Made by a program: the position numbers and the translations under genes. Source: an uncultured delta proteobacterium (GTDB lineage: Bacteria > Desulfobacterota > Binatia > UBA9968). From it: 64,000 nucleotides of DNA. The first letter of the stretch is position 1; each line of letters begins with the position of its first letter. Shown one piece after another: positions 30,468 through 41,136 of this stretch. The stretch covers positions 64,001-128,000 of the forward strand of contig CAVWLW010000054.1 in assembly GCA_963755715.1 (NCBI GenBank), given 5' to 3'. Below the pieces are notes generated by a model. It was not told the origin of the DNA, made no database searches, and saw only the letters and a program-made list of their open reading frames with translations.

Positions 30468-31409
30468 TCATCGCCGAAAGGTCGCGATAGCACCGGAACG
30501 GCAATATTCCCATGAGTACCGAAGGCTCCATTTTCTAAGAAGCATAGCCTGTTTATAGGCAGCCCGCGCTTTTTCTTGTTCGCCTCTTTTCTCATAATAT
30601 AAACCTAAGCGAAAATATTTTCTTCCAAGTTTTTTGTTAAAAGCGGTCTTGCCGATTCGACGGTAGACATCTGGATACTGGTCACGAATATGCTCGAGTT
30701 CTCGCAGACCGTACTCGTAATGGGGATTTACGGCGGTGTTATTTAACGGATGTAACCGCTTTCGAACTCCGATGTAGTCGACGAAAGCAACGGGGAAATA
30801 GGCCGCGAGACGGTAAAACCAGTGCAGATCACAGTTAAGGTAGATATCTTTGTCATATCCTCCGACAACTTCAAATGCTGATTTTCTTATCAGTGAAGAG
30901 GGACCGGTCATGAAGTTTTCGCTCACAATGTCCTGGACTGTGAGAAGCGATGCTGCCAGCTTTTTAGCCCTAGCTTCTGGGACAATTAGATCCAAGCTCG
31001 ACGCCCGCCCATTCTCCTGATCGAGACTTGCCGGTGTATCCTTGAAAAACTCCGTATTATCGAATGCCGCACCAAGCGCTTGGTTTTGTTCGAGAGCGCG
31101 TACAAGAACCTCGACATGATCTTCATTATAAATATCATCGCTGTTCCACGTCGCGAGATATTTCCCTCGAGCCTCTTTCATTCTCTGATTGGCGGCCTGT
31201 AAAAAAGGCTTGTCGCCCTGTGCCCATGAAATGCACCGGGAATCTCCCCTGAACGGCTCAAGAGCCCGTTCTATCTCTTCAGAACCGTCCCCCAACACAA
31301 TCACTTCCAGTGAACTGTAAGACTGCTTGAGAATAGACCCCAAGGAATCGTCGATAAATCTCGCATAAGGAGCATGGGCAAAGAGAATGATGGAAACTAG
31401 TGTGTCCAT
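30468..31409 (-). CDS. Glycosyltransferase family 2 with C-terminal TPR-like helix pair
   Basis: VSII, SILKQSY..LEVIV, ARGKY..W.SDD, GGYD. Tail YF.LG..Y...G...KA..AY..A. Confidence 0.85.
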   Translation of the reverse strand: MDTLVSIILFAHAPYARFIDDSLGSILKQSYSSLEVIVLGDGSEEIERALEPFRGDSRCISWAQGDKPFLQAANQRMKEARGKYLATWNSDDIYNEDHVEVLVRALEQNQALGAAFDNTEFFKDTPASLDQENGRASSLDLIVPEARAKKLAASLLTVQDIVSENFMTGPSSLIRKSAFEVVGGYDKDIYLNCDLHWFYRLAAYFPVAFVDYIGVRKRLHPLNNTAVNPHYEYGLRELEHIRDQYPDVYRRIGKTAFNKKLGRKYFRLGLYYEKRGEQEKARAAYKQAMLLRKWSLRYSWEYCRSGAIATFRR

Positions 31410-31416
31410 AAATAAA

Positions 31417-32770
31417 TTACAGGGGTATTCGGTAATTCACTTTATGCGAGTTTTCGATGTTTGCTTTGCCAAACCTGTGTTCAACGCCAACGTTCAATCC
31501 GACTGCGCGCCGCTCATGCCCTGGCAGGTCGCGGCGCAAGAAGAGATAAGTCAGGGCCAAAAGAGTGAAAAAAAAGATGCGGGTATCGTGGTTGTAAAAC
31601 GGAGCGTCTCCCAGGACACCTACAAGAAAGGCTATGAGGGAAGCGCTTAAACAGAAATAAAGGATTCGGATTTGTGGAGACGATTCTCTGCGGGCTCTGC
31701 GGATTAAACGGCTCAAATTCGCGCAAATCATCCACATAAACGCACCGAGGCCCAACACTCCAGTTTCAGCCAGTAATTCCGTATACATGTTATGACTGTG
31801 GGGTATGAACCCCAGTTGCCCGGAGTCGGCGACCTCTTTCTTAACGCCCTCCCGTAGGCGGTCTCTGCCATACCCGAAACCAAGCAGGGGATGTTCCAGT
31901 CCAACAGTCAGTGCGCCGCCCATGAACCGAAGCCGCTCCTCGATCGCCGCGTCAGGGGTCGGATTTACCAGCGTCATCAGACGGTTGCGCAAGGGAGCGA
32001 CCGCAACAAACACAACCAATCCCAAAAGTCCGAGCGCAAACACGCCTTTCCTTAGCCTGCTTTCTATCAAGCTTATGCCAAGTAGCGATATGAGACAGGC
32101 GAGCCATGCGCCTCTGGAGTAAGTGAATATTAACCCGGTAAACTGCGCCGCGAGCGACGCCAGCCGTTACTCCGCGGACCCATCCCTTTTGACTTGCAAT
32201 AACAGCCAGAGCCAGCGGAATACTCATAGCAAAAAGCAAACCGGCTGAGTTGGCGTGCGCCAGTGGGTAGCCGAAGCGGTTCACGAGACTAAAATTCAAA
32301 ACCGATGGATTGTATAAAATGCCTCGGATGACCAGCACCCCCGGCAACAGACCAAGGAACAGGAGAAGCAGCTTCGGTCTCTCACCTTCGGCAAACAGAT
32401 CCAAAACCATGACACAGTGCATAACAGCAAAGAATAGATAGCGGTAATCATCCGCCTCGTGAAAATCCGGCAAGAGAGACGCCGTGACGACTGCGAAAAA
32501 CGCAAGCAGTGCGAGCGGGAAGGAGTTCTTATTTAGCCCGAGATTTCGCCGCCCGAGGCGAAACCAAATGAGAATCTTCCAGATCAACCAGAAGATAAAG
32601 GTCGTCCGCGAGACGCTCCACGCGCTGAATCTAGCCCCTGACAGTGGAAATTCGAAACGTCCGACCGCGAGAAGGAGGATTGAAAAACACAGAAAAGCAA
32701 AAACCCCTTTCCCCCACCATTCCACCAGCCGGGCGGATATTTTACTGCCATCCGCCTCTATCGCAGTCAT
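31417..32770 (-). CDS. O-antigen ligase/O-oligosaccharyltransferase family protein (frameshift near 32162)
   Basis: Many TM segments, HAN, corrected frame gives TYSRGAW, then R...P..G.GYG and HSHNMY.ELLAE.G..G. Confidence 0.85.
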
Positions 32771-32773
32771 TGC

Positions 32774-34174
32774 CTATCCAACATTTCTATGCAGGAATCC
32801 GCGCATGAGGGTAAGGGCAAGAATTTTTAGATCCCGCCGCAGGGACCAATGCTCGATATAGTCGATATCGTGTTCGATGCGTCGTTCGAGGGAAGTATTC
32901 CCGCGCCAGCCGTTGATCTGTGCCCAGCCGGTCATGCCCGCTTTGACTTTGTGCCTGAGCATGTATTTGGGAATCGATTTTCGGAATTGGTCGATAAGCG
33001 GCGGACGCTCGGGACGCGGCCCGACGAGACTCATCTCGCCGCGCAGAACATTGATCAGTTGTGGCAGCTCATCCAGGCTCGTCCGCCGCAACCAGTATCC
33101 CAACCAGGTTACGCGCGAATCGTTGCGGGTCGCCCACACCGGGCCGGTCGACTTTTCCGCATCGTCAACCATTGTGCGAAACTTGAGCATCTGGAATCTG
33201 TTGCCGTCCAGCCCCATGCGCTCCTGTCTATAGAGTACCGGGCCCGGCGAGGTTAATTTGATCGCCAGCGCGATCAGCGCCATAAGTGGGGAAAAGAGGA
33301 TTAGTGTAAGGAATCCAAATAGCAGGTCCACCGCTCGTTTCAGGATGGTGTTCCAGCCGTCGAGCGGCGATGCTTGCAGTGTCACGATTTGCAGATCCTC
33401 GAATTCTTCAATTCTACCGCGCAGCTTGGCAAACTCGCCCAGATCGGGAACATAGAAAAGCGTTACGGGCTCATCGCCGAGCCAATCCTGAACCTCTGCC
33501 AATCGCGCCGCCTCTTGGAGCGGAAAAGTCACAAACACCTGATCGATCTCGCCGGAACGAACCATGCCGACGAGCTCCTCTTGATTTCCAATGAGCGGAA
33601 CGCCGAGGGGTTCTGACTCGGAATCATCGTGTCCCAACAGATGCACGCCAACAACAGACAATCCAAGGTGACGGTACCAGTCGAGCTTATGAACCAATCG
33701 CCGCGCTTGGACCGCAGCACCAACGACAACGACGTGACGGAGGTTTTTCCCCCGCCTGCGCAGGAAACGCAGCCCCTCTCGCACAAGCAAATGACTAAGA
33801 TTAAGCAGCGCCGTGCTAAAAACCCAGAAACAAACCACGACGACTCGGGAAAGCACTATTTCACGGAGAAGAAAGATCACGCCGAGAAAAATCAACATCG
33901 CAAGACCGGCGCCTTTAAAAAGTTCGACGGTTTCGCGCCAGTGAGTGGAGATCCGGCGCGGGCGATAAACGTGCAGAAGCTGAAAGACTATCCCATAAAC
34001 CATCAGGATCAGAATCCAGGCGATAACGTAATGGCGGAAAACACGAGTCTCAGGCAAAAAAGGAAGATTTACATAAAAGCGCAAAAAATACGCCAGCCAC
34101 CATGACAGCGTGAGAAACATGAGGTCATTGACCAGCATGAGACTTTTGAAGAATTGGCTATAGCGCTTGAGCAT
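32774..34174 (-). CDS. wcaJ: Undecaprenyl-phosphate glucose phosphotransferase (WcaJ-like priming transferase)
   Basis: N-terminal TMs, KR..D, KFRTM, SLDELPQL.NVL.G.MSLVGPRPE, GMTGWAQING.RG. Confidence 0.93.
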   Translation of the reverse strand: MLKRYSQFFKSLMLVNDLMFLTLSWWLAYFLRFYVNLPFLPETRVFRHYVIAWILILMVYGIVFQLLHVYRPRRISTHWRETVELFKGAGLAMLIFLGVIFLLREIVLSRVVVVCFWVFSTALLNLSHLLVREGLRFLRRRGKNLRHVVVVGAAVQARRLVHKLDWYRHLGLSVVGVHLLGHDDSESEPLGVPLIGNQEELVGMVRSGEIDQVFVTFPLQEAARLAEVQDWLGDEPVTLFYVPDLGEFAKLRGRIEEFEDLQIVTLQASPLDGWNTILKRAVDLLFGFLTLILFSPLMALIALAIKLTSPGPVLYRQERMGLDGNRFQMLKFRTMVDDAEKSTGPVWATRNDSRVTWLGYWLRRTSLDELPQLINVLRGEMSLVGPRPERPPLIDQFRKSIPKYMLRHKVKAGMTGWAQINGWRGNTSLERRIEHDIDYIEHWSLRRDLKILALTLMRGFLHRNVG

Positions 34175-35300
34175 CGCCTTGCTTCTCCGTCCCGCGCTCG
34201 CGCAGGCGAGCCTCTATATAATCGCTGATTTGAGCCTTGAACCGATCCCTTGAAAACCGGCAAGCCTGTTGGCGAATCCCGGTAGGCACAAATTTCTGTC
34301 GATTTTGTTCAAAGGCCCGCACAGCCGCCATCAAGCTCTCCACGGCCTGTTCTCGGAAAAAAATTCCCGTCGGCGGGCCAAGCTCGCTGCCCAACGGCAA
34401 GACGGTCTCCAGCGCGCCTCCTTTACCGTAGGCGATCACCGGCCGCCCACTAGCCTGCGCCTCCAAGGGCACGATGCCGAAATCCTCTTCCCCTGGAAAA
34501 ATCAAAGCCTGGCATCGTGAATAAAGTTCCGCGAGCGGCGCATCATCTACGAAGCCGAGAAATTCTATGTTCGAACGGGCCCGACGTTGCAGGATTCGCC
34601 GCAGTGGCCCGTCACCGGCAATCTTTAACGGCAGGTTTATCGCATTAAAGGCATCGATAGCAAGATCAATCCGTTTGTAAGGCACTAGGGCCGAGACGAT
34701 GAGATAATAAGGCTGAATCTCGTCACGGAGATGAAACTTCTCCATATCCACCGGCGGATAGATCACCGTCGCCGAGCGCCCATAGAGGCTTTTGATTTTC
34801 GCGGCAACGTTATTCGAGTTGGCAAGGAATTCATCCACCCGCAGGCTGCTCCGTAAATCCCAGCGTTGAAGATATCGGCGACTTAGAGATAGACCAGCGC
34901 GGGCAATCAAAGATGTTCCGCCGCTAAGATAGGCATCGCGCAAATCCCAAACATAGCGCATCGGCGTGTGGACGTAGGCAATGTGAAGCGCCCGATGCGG
35001 AAGTATTCCCTTGGCGACGCAATGGCTACTAGAAAGAATGAGATCGTAATCGCTCAGCTCGAAATGCTCTACGGCATGTGGAAATAACGGCAAAAGATAG
35101 CGGAAATGCCTTTGTGCTCCCGGCAAACGATCGATCCATGAAGTCTTGACATGCATCTGTCGAATCGCCGGCGAAACGCCGTCCGGATCGTAAACCAACG
35201 TGTATAAGTCGGCGTCCGGAAATAACTCGCAAAAAACCTCCAAACACTTTTCCCCGCCCCGCATACCGGTGAGCCAATCGTGAATTAAAGCGACTCGCAT
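34158..35300 (-). CDS. Glycosyltransferase family 4
   Basis: HDWL...RGGE, HTPMRY.W, YKR.DL, EDFGIVPLEAQASG.PV. Confidence 0.93.
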   Translation of the reverse strand: MRVALIHDWLTGMRGGEKCLEVFCELFPDADLYTLVYDPDGVSPAIRQMHVKTSWIDRLPGAQRHFRYLLPLFPHAVEHFELSDYDLILSSSHCVAKGILPHRALHIAYVHTPMRYVWDLRDAYLSGGTSLIARAGLSLSRRYLQRWDLRSSLRVDEFLANSNNVAAKIKSLYGRSATVIYPPVDMEKFHLRDEIQPYYLIVSALVPYKRIDLAIDAFNAINLPLKIAGDGPLRRILQRRARSNIEFLGFVDDAPLAELYSRCQALIFPGEEDFGIVPLEAQASGRPVIAYGKGGALETVLPLGSELGPPTGIFFREQAVESLMAAVRAFEQNRQKFVPTGIRQQACRFSRDRFKAQISDYIEARLRERGTEKQGDAQAL

Positions 35301-35368
35301 GTTTTCAGCTCGTAAATATTACGATTGCTAGGGTGGCAATCCTTCTGCGCGGAAAACATATCCAGTCT

Positions 35369-36358
35369 CTATCCTCTCACCAACTGAACAAATTTCTGCC
35401 GAAACATGGCCAACGAAAAAACTGACGTCAGCAGCCGGCGTATACAACTATTCGAGACTCGTCTCCGTTCCTGGATTTGTTTTCGTTTCTTCAGCATCAC
35501 AGGCAACATTCTTAGCGCATCCCTTTTTGCTCTAAAAAAGGCTCGCCACTTCAGGTGGCGCAGGCAAAGATAACAAAACGACCCCAATTCCTGAATAATC
35601 TTGTGGTGCGCAAAGCGCAGTATTAAACCGGTCGGCATATTTTTGATCCATACAAATTCGAGATTGCGTGTATGATAATACACGTGAGTATCACTGAGCC
35701 TCCCCGCCGTCGCGTTACCTTTGTGATAGACGACAGCATCAGGCACATACATACATTTCCAACCAGCGAGCTGGGCTCGAAAACTCAAGTCGACGTCTTC
35801 ATCGTAAAGAAAGAAGTCTGAGTCCAAAAAGCCAATGTCATTGATCATCTCCCGGCGATACAAAGCAGCTGCGGCACAAGCGGCAAACACCGGCTCCAAA
35901 GAGCTATAACTAGTGCGATCGTCCCGATGGCCCCGATTGAAACCTACGCCGGCAGATGTCAAGCCATCCCCTGCGCTATCGATGCGACCCGAACGTTCGA
36001 TAACGAGTTTTGAAGCGCAGAGTCCGATTGTAGGGTCGTTAAGCATTGGGGCAAGCAGCCTTTCTAGCCAATTCGTTTCCGCCCTCGTATCGTTATTGAC
36101 AAGAGCTATAAACTCTCCGCGCGCGATTTCCAGGCCCGCCAAATTACCGCCGGTAAAACCTTTATTATTTGAGAGTTGAAGAAGCTCGACCTCCGGGAAG
36201 CTTTTTTTCGTCCAAGTGACAGAATCATCCGTCGAGCCGTTGTCGACGAAAATAATCTCACGCTGTGGGTAGGTCTGGCGGGAAAGAGAGTCTAAACAAT
36301 CGTTTAGTAAGTCCCGTCCGTTCCAGTTGACGACAATAATGCTAACTTTGGGGATCAC
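35369..36358 (-). CDS. Glycosyltransferase family 2
   Basis: SIIVVNWNG, VDNGSTD, N.GF.GG, NND, FF.Y.EDVDL..R. Confidence 0.93.
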   Translation of the reverse strand: MIPKVSIIVVNWNGRDLLNDCLDSLSRQTYPQREIIFVDNGSTDDSVTWTKKSFPEVELLQLSNNKGFTGGNLAGLEIARGEFIALVNNDTRAETNWLERLLAPMLNDPTIGLCASKLVIERSGRIDSAGDGLTSAGVGFNRGHRDDRTSYSSLEPVFAACAAAALYRREMINDIGFLDSDFFLYDEDVDLSFRAQLAGWKCMYVPDAVVYHKGNATAGRLSDTHVYYHTRNLEFVWIKNMPTGLILRFAHHKIIQELGSFCYLCLRHLKWRAFFRAKRDALRMLPVMLKKRKQIQERRRVSNSCIRRLLTSVFSLAMFRQKFVQLVRG

Positions 36359-36554
36359 CTGTGTTCAGTACGGAGGGTGCATGATCTGTTCTTCGCGACG
36401 GTAACATTGTGATCCAAACCCGGTGCGACCACAAAACTTAAACTGTGCACGTAGTATCAACCAAATATGACCCTGTCCATACATGACATGAAAGTATTTT
36501 CGACAATGTAGTGGTTCGAATATACCCCATGAAAGGGTAAGTCGCTGATGAGCC

Positions 36555-37015
36555 TGTCAAAGATTCAATCTCTGACTGCACGATGCTTTTAATTTAGTTG
36601 CTCAAAGGTGAAAGTTTCCAACGCAAGGTCAGCGCAACTTGCTAGACCACACTTCATCTTGCCAATGCGGAACGAGTCGTTTTCGACCCCATTCACCATG
36701 CACAATTTTCTCAATGATGAGACCGTGCTTACCATAGAGGTCCCGCAGAAATCTCTCGTCGTATGCGATCGCTGCTTCGGGAATATGCGGATTGTCAACA
36801 CGACAGGTCTGTGATTTGAACTCGTACGCAAGTTTCGGAGAAGTTAAGCCAAGCCGCAATATTCTCCCGCGACACTGCGTCCAATACAAAATAGGTGGCT
36901 AAACAAACCCCACCGAGCTTCATGACGCGTGCTATTTCTGCGATGTGGTTGTCTATGTCTTCCGAAACCATGTGAGTGAAAACGGAACCGACGAAGACGA
37001 CATCAAACTCATTAT
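36555..37015. repeat. Direct repeat copy 1 (~460 bp), diverged duplicate of 43948..44408
   Basis: Colinear from TGTCAAAGATTCAA to CATCAAACTCATTAT, with long identical runs. Confidence 0.95.
36629..37015 (-). pseudogene. 5'-truncated copy of the class I SAM methyltransferase at 44022..44817
   Basis: Reads NEFDVVFVGSVFTHM...WQDEVWSSKLR. An in-frame stop lies just upstream and the SAM-binding motif I is missing. Confidence 0.85.
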
Positions 37016-37052
37016 AGTTCCATCAATAGAACCTTTGTTCTTCGGTCCGGTG

Positions 37053-38840
37053 TCAAAAGCACGGTTCGTTGTTTTCGGCATAAAAGAGATCCTGCCAGCG
37101 ATGTTGCGCCATCAGTTTCCCAAACGCCTGATCCAGCTTCACATGATCTACTACCTTCACGAGCCTCAGAACGCTTTCGGACACTACCCGGAGGCCTTGG
37201 TCTTCGGAAGCCAGGGTCAGCCACGCGGAGAAAACATCCATTTCGGTCGTGGGGTCGTTGACAACCTGTCGCGCGAGCAGGGCCTGAAGGCGATTGCTGT
37301 CCCGAACTGGATAAAATAGCAAAAAGTCACTTGATACAAATTCTTTGCGCCGAACCATGATAGGACGGATCCAGTCGTTCGGCCTTTGTAGTTGAAATGT
37401 GGGCGCCTCTGGCTTAAGCAAATTGCGATAGATCCCCTGTGCCTCGACTACGCCGGGCCGTTCATCTGTGCCGAGAACATAGATATTTAGATTTCGCGCC
37501 TGGCTCTGCGCCTCTTGGACCAGCAAATTGCCCATCTCGACTTCTTCGCGAAAGTGTCCCGACGATAGATTCACTCCAAGGATATGCTGCCACTGGATGG
37601 AAGGCGTCTCCGCAAAGAGCAATGCGATAACCACCGCTAGCGGCGCCATGCAAAGTGCCGCTAGCGGGCGCCGAGACCACTTCGGCAAATGTACGGCTGC
37701 TTTCCCTAAAATGTCGGGAAGAGCCACGACCAAAAAAATCAGCACGAAGGGGTACATGTATCGCATCTGTGGGCCGGCCAACCTTATCCACCAGACGACT
37801 CCTAGACAAAGGGTTGCCAGTACTACCAGGAAACGAAAATCTTCCCGGCGTCCGTGGCGCCGCAGCACGCGAAAAGCGATGAAACCGAGCGAAAGTAGCG
37901 TCGCAGCAACTGACATGTAAAACCAGTGCCATCCGAACGACGTATGGACCTGAGATGCGACCAGGCTCCAAAGCGGTACGTTCTTGAACATATCGATGAG
38001 AATTTTCTGCCCGTTATAACCGATCGTAAGATTCCGCTGAGAAAGATATTCTGATTTAAAGCAGACAACCGCTGTTCCGAAAAAAAAGACTGCCAAAAGA
38101 GTCGCGCTCCAGATGGAGTAATTTCTCAGCAACTTGTCCTCGCGCCATCTGGCGAATATCGGCCCGTGTACAATGAGCAGTTCGGTAATCCAGAAAAAGT
38201 AGAAGAGCGGCATAAGAAGCAGACCAACCGGCTTGACGAGCAGGGTAAGCGCCCCTGCGAGACTTCCCACCGTGGCAAGGCCGATTGAGCATCGCCGAAC
38301 ACTCACCAGTAGGAGCGCTGTCGCCGAGGCAGCTAACGCTGCGACGAAGCAATCCACATACCCCCAGTCGTAAGGTGACGTAAAAGCGGGGTTCCTCTCA
38401 AATTGATAGAACATCGGCAACGACGTAAGCATGAGCGCCCCGGTGAGATTGGCCCAACTCTGCCCCGGTTGGTATGCTCGTGACTCCGCTAGCAGCCAAA
38501 AGCCGACCACGAATAGGACGATCGGATAGTAAATGGATCGAAAAAAGAACGCACGGAAATTACGAGAGAATCCGAGCGGGCTGCTGAGCAGCATTGTCCC
38601 CGGAGGCCGGACCGGCGGTCCGACATTGAAAGGATTTACCAGCCGTCCCTTACCCCATTCCGTCCAAACCATTGCTCCTTTGGCATAGTATGCCATGGCG
38701 TCGTAGATTGGCGGCGTGATGGCGCGATTGGTCTTCCGGTGAATGCCGATGCCCAACAACAGCAAACACAACATGAGTATCGCCACCGGCGCATGCCTTG
38801 AGAATCGGCCACGAGATGTCTTGGGATTTTCTAGGTTCAT
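37053..38840 (-). CDS. Polytopic membrane protein, putative GT-C fold glycosyltransferase
   Basis: About 11-12 hydrophobic segments, acidic motif after TM1 (PPIYDAMAY), L.KP.G and RY..P. Function inferred. Confidence 0.65.
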   Translation of the reverse strand: MNLENPKTSRGRFSRHAPVAILMLCLLLLGIGIHRKTNRAITPPIYDAMAYYAKGAMVWTEWGKGRLVNPFNVGPPVRPPGTMLLSSPLGFSRNFRAFFFRSIYYPIVLFVVGFWLLAESRAYQPGQSWANLTGALMLTSLPMFYQFERNPAFTSPYDWGYVDCFVAALAASATALLLVSVRRCSIGLATVGSLAGALTLLVKPVGLLLMPLFYFFWITELLIVHGPIFARWREDKLLRNYSIWSATLLAVFFFGTAVVCFKSEYLSQRNLTIGYNGQKILIDMFKNVPLWSLVASQVHTSFGWHWFYMSVAATLLSLGFIAFRVLRRHGRREDFRFLVVLATLCLGVVWWIRLAGPQMRYMYPFVLIFLVVALPDILGKAAVHLPKWSRRPLAALCMAPLAVVIALLFAETPSIQWQHILGVNLSSGHFREEVEMGNLLVQEAQSQARNLNIYVLGTDERPGVVEAQGIYRNLLKPEAPTFQLQRPNDWIRPIMVRRKEFVSSDFLLFYPVRDSNRLQALLARQVVNDPTTEMDVFSAWLTLASEDQGLRVVSESVLRLVKVVDHVKLDQAFGKLMAQHRWQDLFYAENNEPCF

Positions 38841-39207
38841 AGAGCAAACGCGGTAGGCGAAAGAGGTTGCGGCGCCAAAAAAACCGGTACCAAGCACCCA
38901 ACTGTCGTGTCAAGCTTGAATGGGAGGGTGTGCGCCCCGTCTGAGAAGACCAGTTCGGGGCATGGTAAAGCACGCGGAGTGGATGGAAAATTTGGTGTTG
39001 GGCATCTCCCTCCCAGCCCCGACTCCCTTAAAATCCCCGAAAAAATGGGAAAATAGTGAAACATTTTCACGTCAGGCAAAGCGAGATAGCGATGCAGATG
39101 GTTCCTTTTCGTAAAACGCTCATTCAGTCCGTAGTGAGAGCGGAATTCATACGTAATAACTTTGTCGTGGGTTAATCCAAACGCCGCAGTACAGACCGAC
39201 GGTGACA

Positions 39208-41109
39208 TCAGGATTGTGGACGAGGGGCAGTGACCTGCGGGCGGGCGACGATCAACCCGGCGACAAGCGCGATGCCGAGAAGAATCGCCCCGATCAGCCT
39301 CAGACCCCGGCCGTGGCGCAGGGCCTTCTCCGTCAGCCAAGTCAACCGGCCCATGTCGGTGGGGGCGGTGATCTCCAGCGGAGCCGCGCCCGCCGCAATC
39401 TCGATCACGATCCGCGTTGGTCCCGTCCCGCGTTCGAGCGTCACCGTCTTCCAGCGGTCGGGGGACACGATCGCGCGCTCCAGCGGCAAGCGGATGCGGC
39501 CCGTCGCGTCGACCGTCTGGAGCGACGCTGCGCCGGGGCGCACTTCGCCGTGGACGCGCAGCCGGAGCAGCGGCAGGGCGGCGGCGGGGATCGGCTCGCT
39601 CACAAACCGCGCCGCCTCGGTAGCGGTGGGCGTAACGCACCACGCGGCAGCCCGGTAAATCTGTTCGGCCTCCGGCGGCACCACAAACGCTGCATAATTC
39701 CGCGATTCGGTCGCCTCGGGCTCGAACCGCAGGGGAAAACGGACCGCTGGCGGCAGGTGCGCCCGGATGCCGGCGTTGTCGAGCAGATCGGCGAGCTGGT
39801 TCGTATCCTGATGCAGGAACCGCGTCGCGGGTTCGTCCGCCAGCGTGGTGCGGTTGCCCGACATGAGGTAGGCGCGGACCGCCTTGACCTGGGCCACCTG
39901 CAGGGCGGCCCGTTGTTCGAGGAGCTGGTTGACGCGGACCTCCGTGAACCGGGCGTGCCAGCCGTGACCGACGACGACCAACCAGCCGGCCAGGACCAAA
40001 CCACCGGCGAGCATGGCGCGCGGGCCCCGCAAGGCAGCGAACAGGCGCAGCAGGCAGACGAGTCCGAGGACGAGGCCGAGGGCGAGCAGATCGTAATAAC
40101 GGGGCGGAAACGGCCAGGGCTCTCCGCCACGGGCCAGAGCGAGCGCGATGGCCTGCGCGCCATACCACGCCAGGACAGCTCCGAACATTGCGTCGCGTTT
40201 CTCCAGCCGGCGGCGGCTTCCGGCGGCGAGAACCGCGACAAACGGCAGAACGAAGGCGATGCCGAAGAGTGGATTCGTCTCGGGCCAGGCGAAGACCCGC
40301 CCGAAGCCGCGGAGAAATGTAAACAGCGAATGCGCGCGCATCGCCGCGTGCTGCGGGGCCGGTGCGACGAGGGCGAAGCCGACCAGCGCCAGCGCGAGAT
40401 TCACGCCGAACGTCAGCAGGAGAAACCGCTGCACCGACGCGGACGCATCGCGTTCGCGCACCAGACGCCAGCTGGCCAGCGCCACGCTGGCGAGGGCGGA
40501 CGCGAAGCCCGATCCCATTGTGCCCAGCGCCGCTATTCCGGCGAGCGTGCCCAGTCCCCAACGCCAGTCGCAGCGATCGGCAGCCCACGTGAGGGCGAGG
40601 TGGGCGAGCCCGAACAGCACCAGCAATTGAAACGCCGACAGGAAACCCCACTGCGCAGTCTCCCACGCGAGCGGGAGCGCCGCGCCGATCGTGGCGACCA
40701 CCAGCACGAGCGCCAGTGCCGAGCGCGGCAGACTTCGCCGGAAGAGCGCGGGCACGGTCAGCGCCGCCAGCGCGGCAAGCACCGCGTTCAGCGCCAACTG
40801 GGTGCGCGCGTTCCACTGACCGTCAAGATCAGCGAGTCCGACTGCCAGCAACCGGGTCCACACCGTGCGGTGCTCGTTGTTGGCCCTCCAGAGCCCCGGC
40901 CAGATCGAGCCACCCGACCAGTGCGGGCGGAGCACGTCGACGGCCTCGGAGTTCCACTGGTCGTGAAACGGCAGGTCGTTGCCGAAACGACCCACGACCA
41001 TCCAACGCGCACCGACAATGAGCAGGAATGCGCCTGCGAACGCGGCCGCGATCCACCACCGGAGCCGGTGCGGGGTGCAGTCGGCGGATGCTGGCGGGGC
41101 CTCGGTCAT
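39208..41109 (-). CDS. Polytopic membrane protein, putative GT-C glycosyltransferase (very GC-rich)
   Basis: DLPFHDQW...NEHR after TM1, many TMs, PRYY, periplasmic C-terminal region. Confidence 0.7.
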   Translation of the reverse strand: MTEAPPASADCTPHRLRWWIAAAFAGAFLLIVGARWMVVGRFGNDLPFHDQWNSEAVDVLRPHWSGGSIWPGLWRANNEHRTVWTRLLAVGLADLDGQWNARTQLALNAVLAALAALTVPALFRRSLPRSALALVLVVATIGAALPLAWETAQWGFLSAFQLLVLFGLAHLALTWAADRCDWRWGLGTLAGIAALGTMGSGFASALASVALASWRLVRERDASASVQRFLLLTFGVNLALALVGFALVAPAPQHAAMRAHSLFTFLRGFGRVFAWPETNPLFGIAFVLPFVAVLAAGSRRRLEKRDAMFGAVLAWYGAQAIALALARGGEPWPFPPRYYDLLALGLVLGLVCLLRLFAALRGPRAMLAGGLVLAGWLVVVGHGWHARFTEVRVNQLLEQRAALQVAQVKAVRAYLMSGNRTTLADEPATRFLHQDTNQLADLLDNAGIRAHLPPAVRFPLRFEPEATESRNYAAFVVPPEAEQIYRAAAWCVTPTATEAARFVSEPIPAAALPLLRLRVHGEVRPGAASLQTVDATGRIRLPLERAIVSPDRWKTVTLERGTGPTRIVIEIAAGAAPLEITAPTDMGRLTWLTEKALRHGRGLRLIGAILLGIALVAGLIVARPQVTAPRPQS

Positions 41110-41136
41110 GGCGGCGGTGACGGTGCGGATTCCGCG

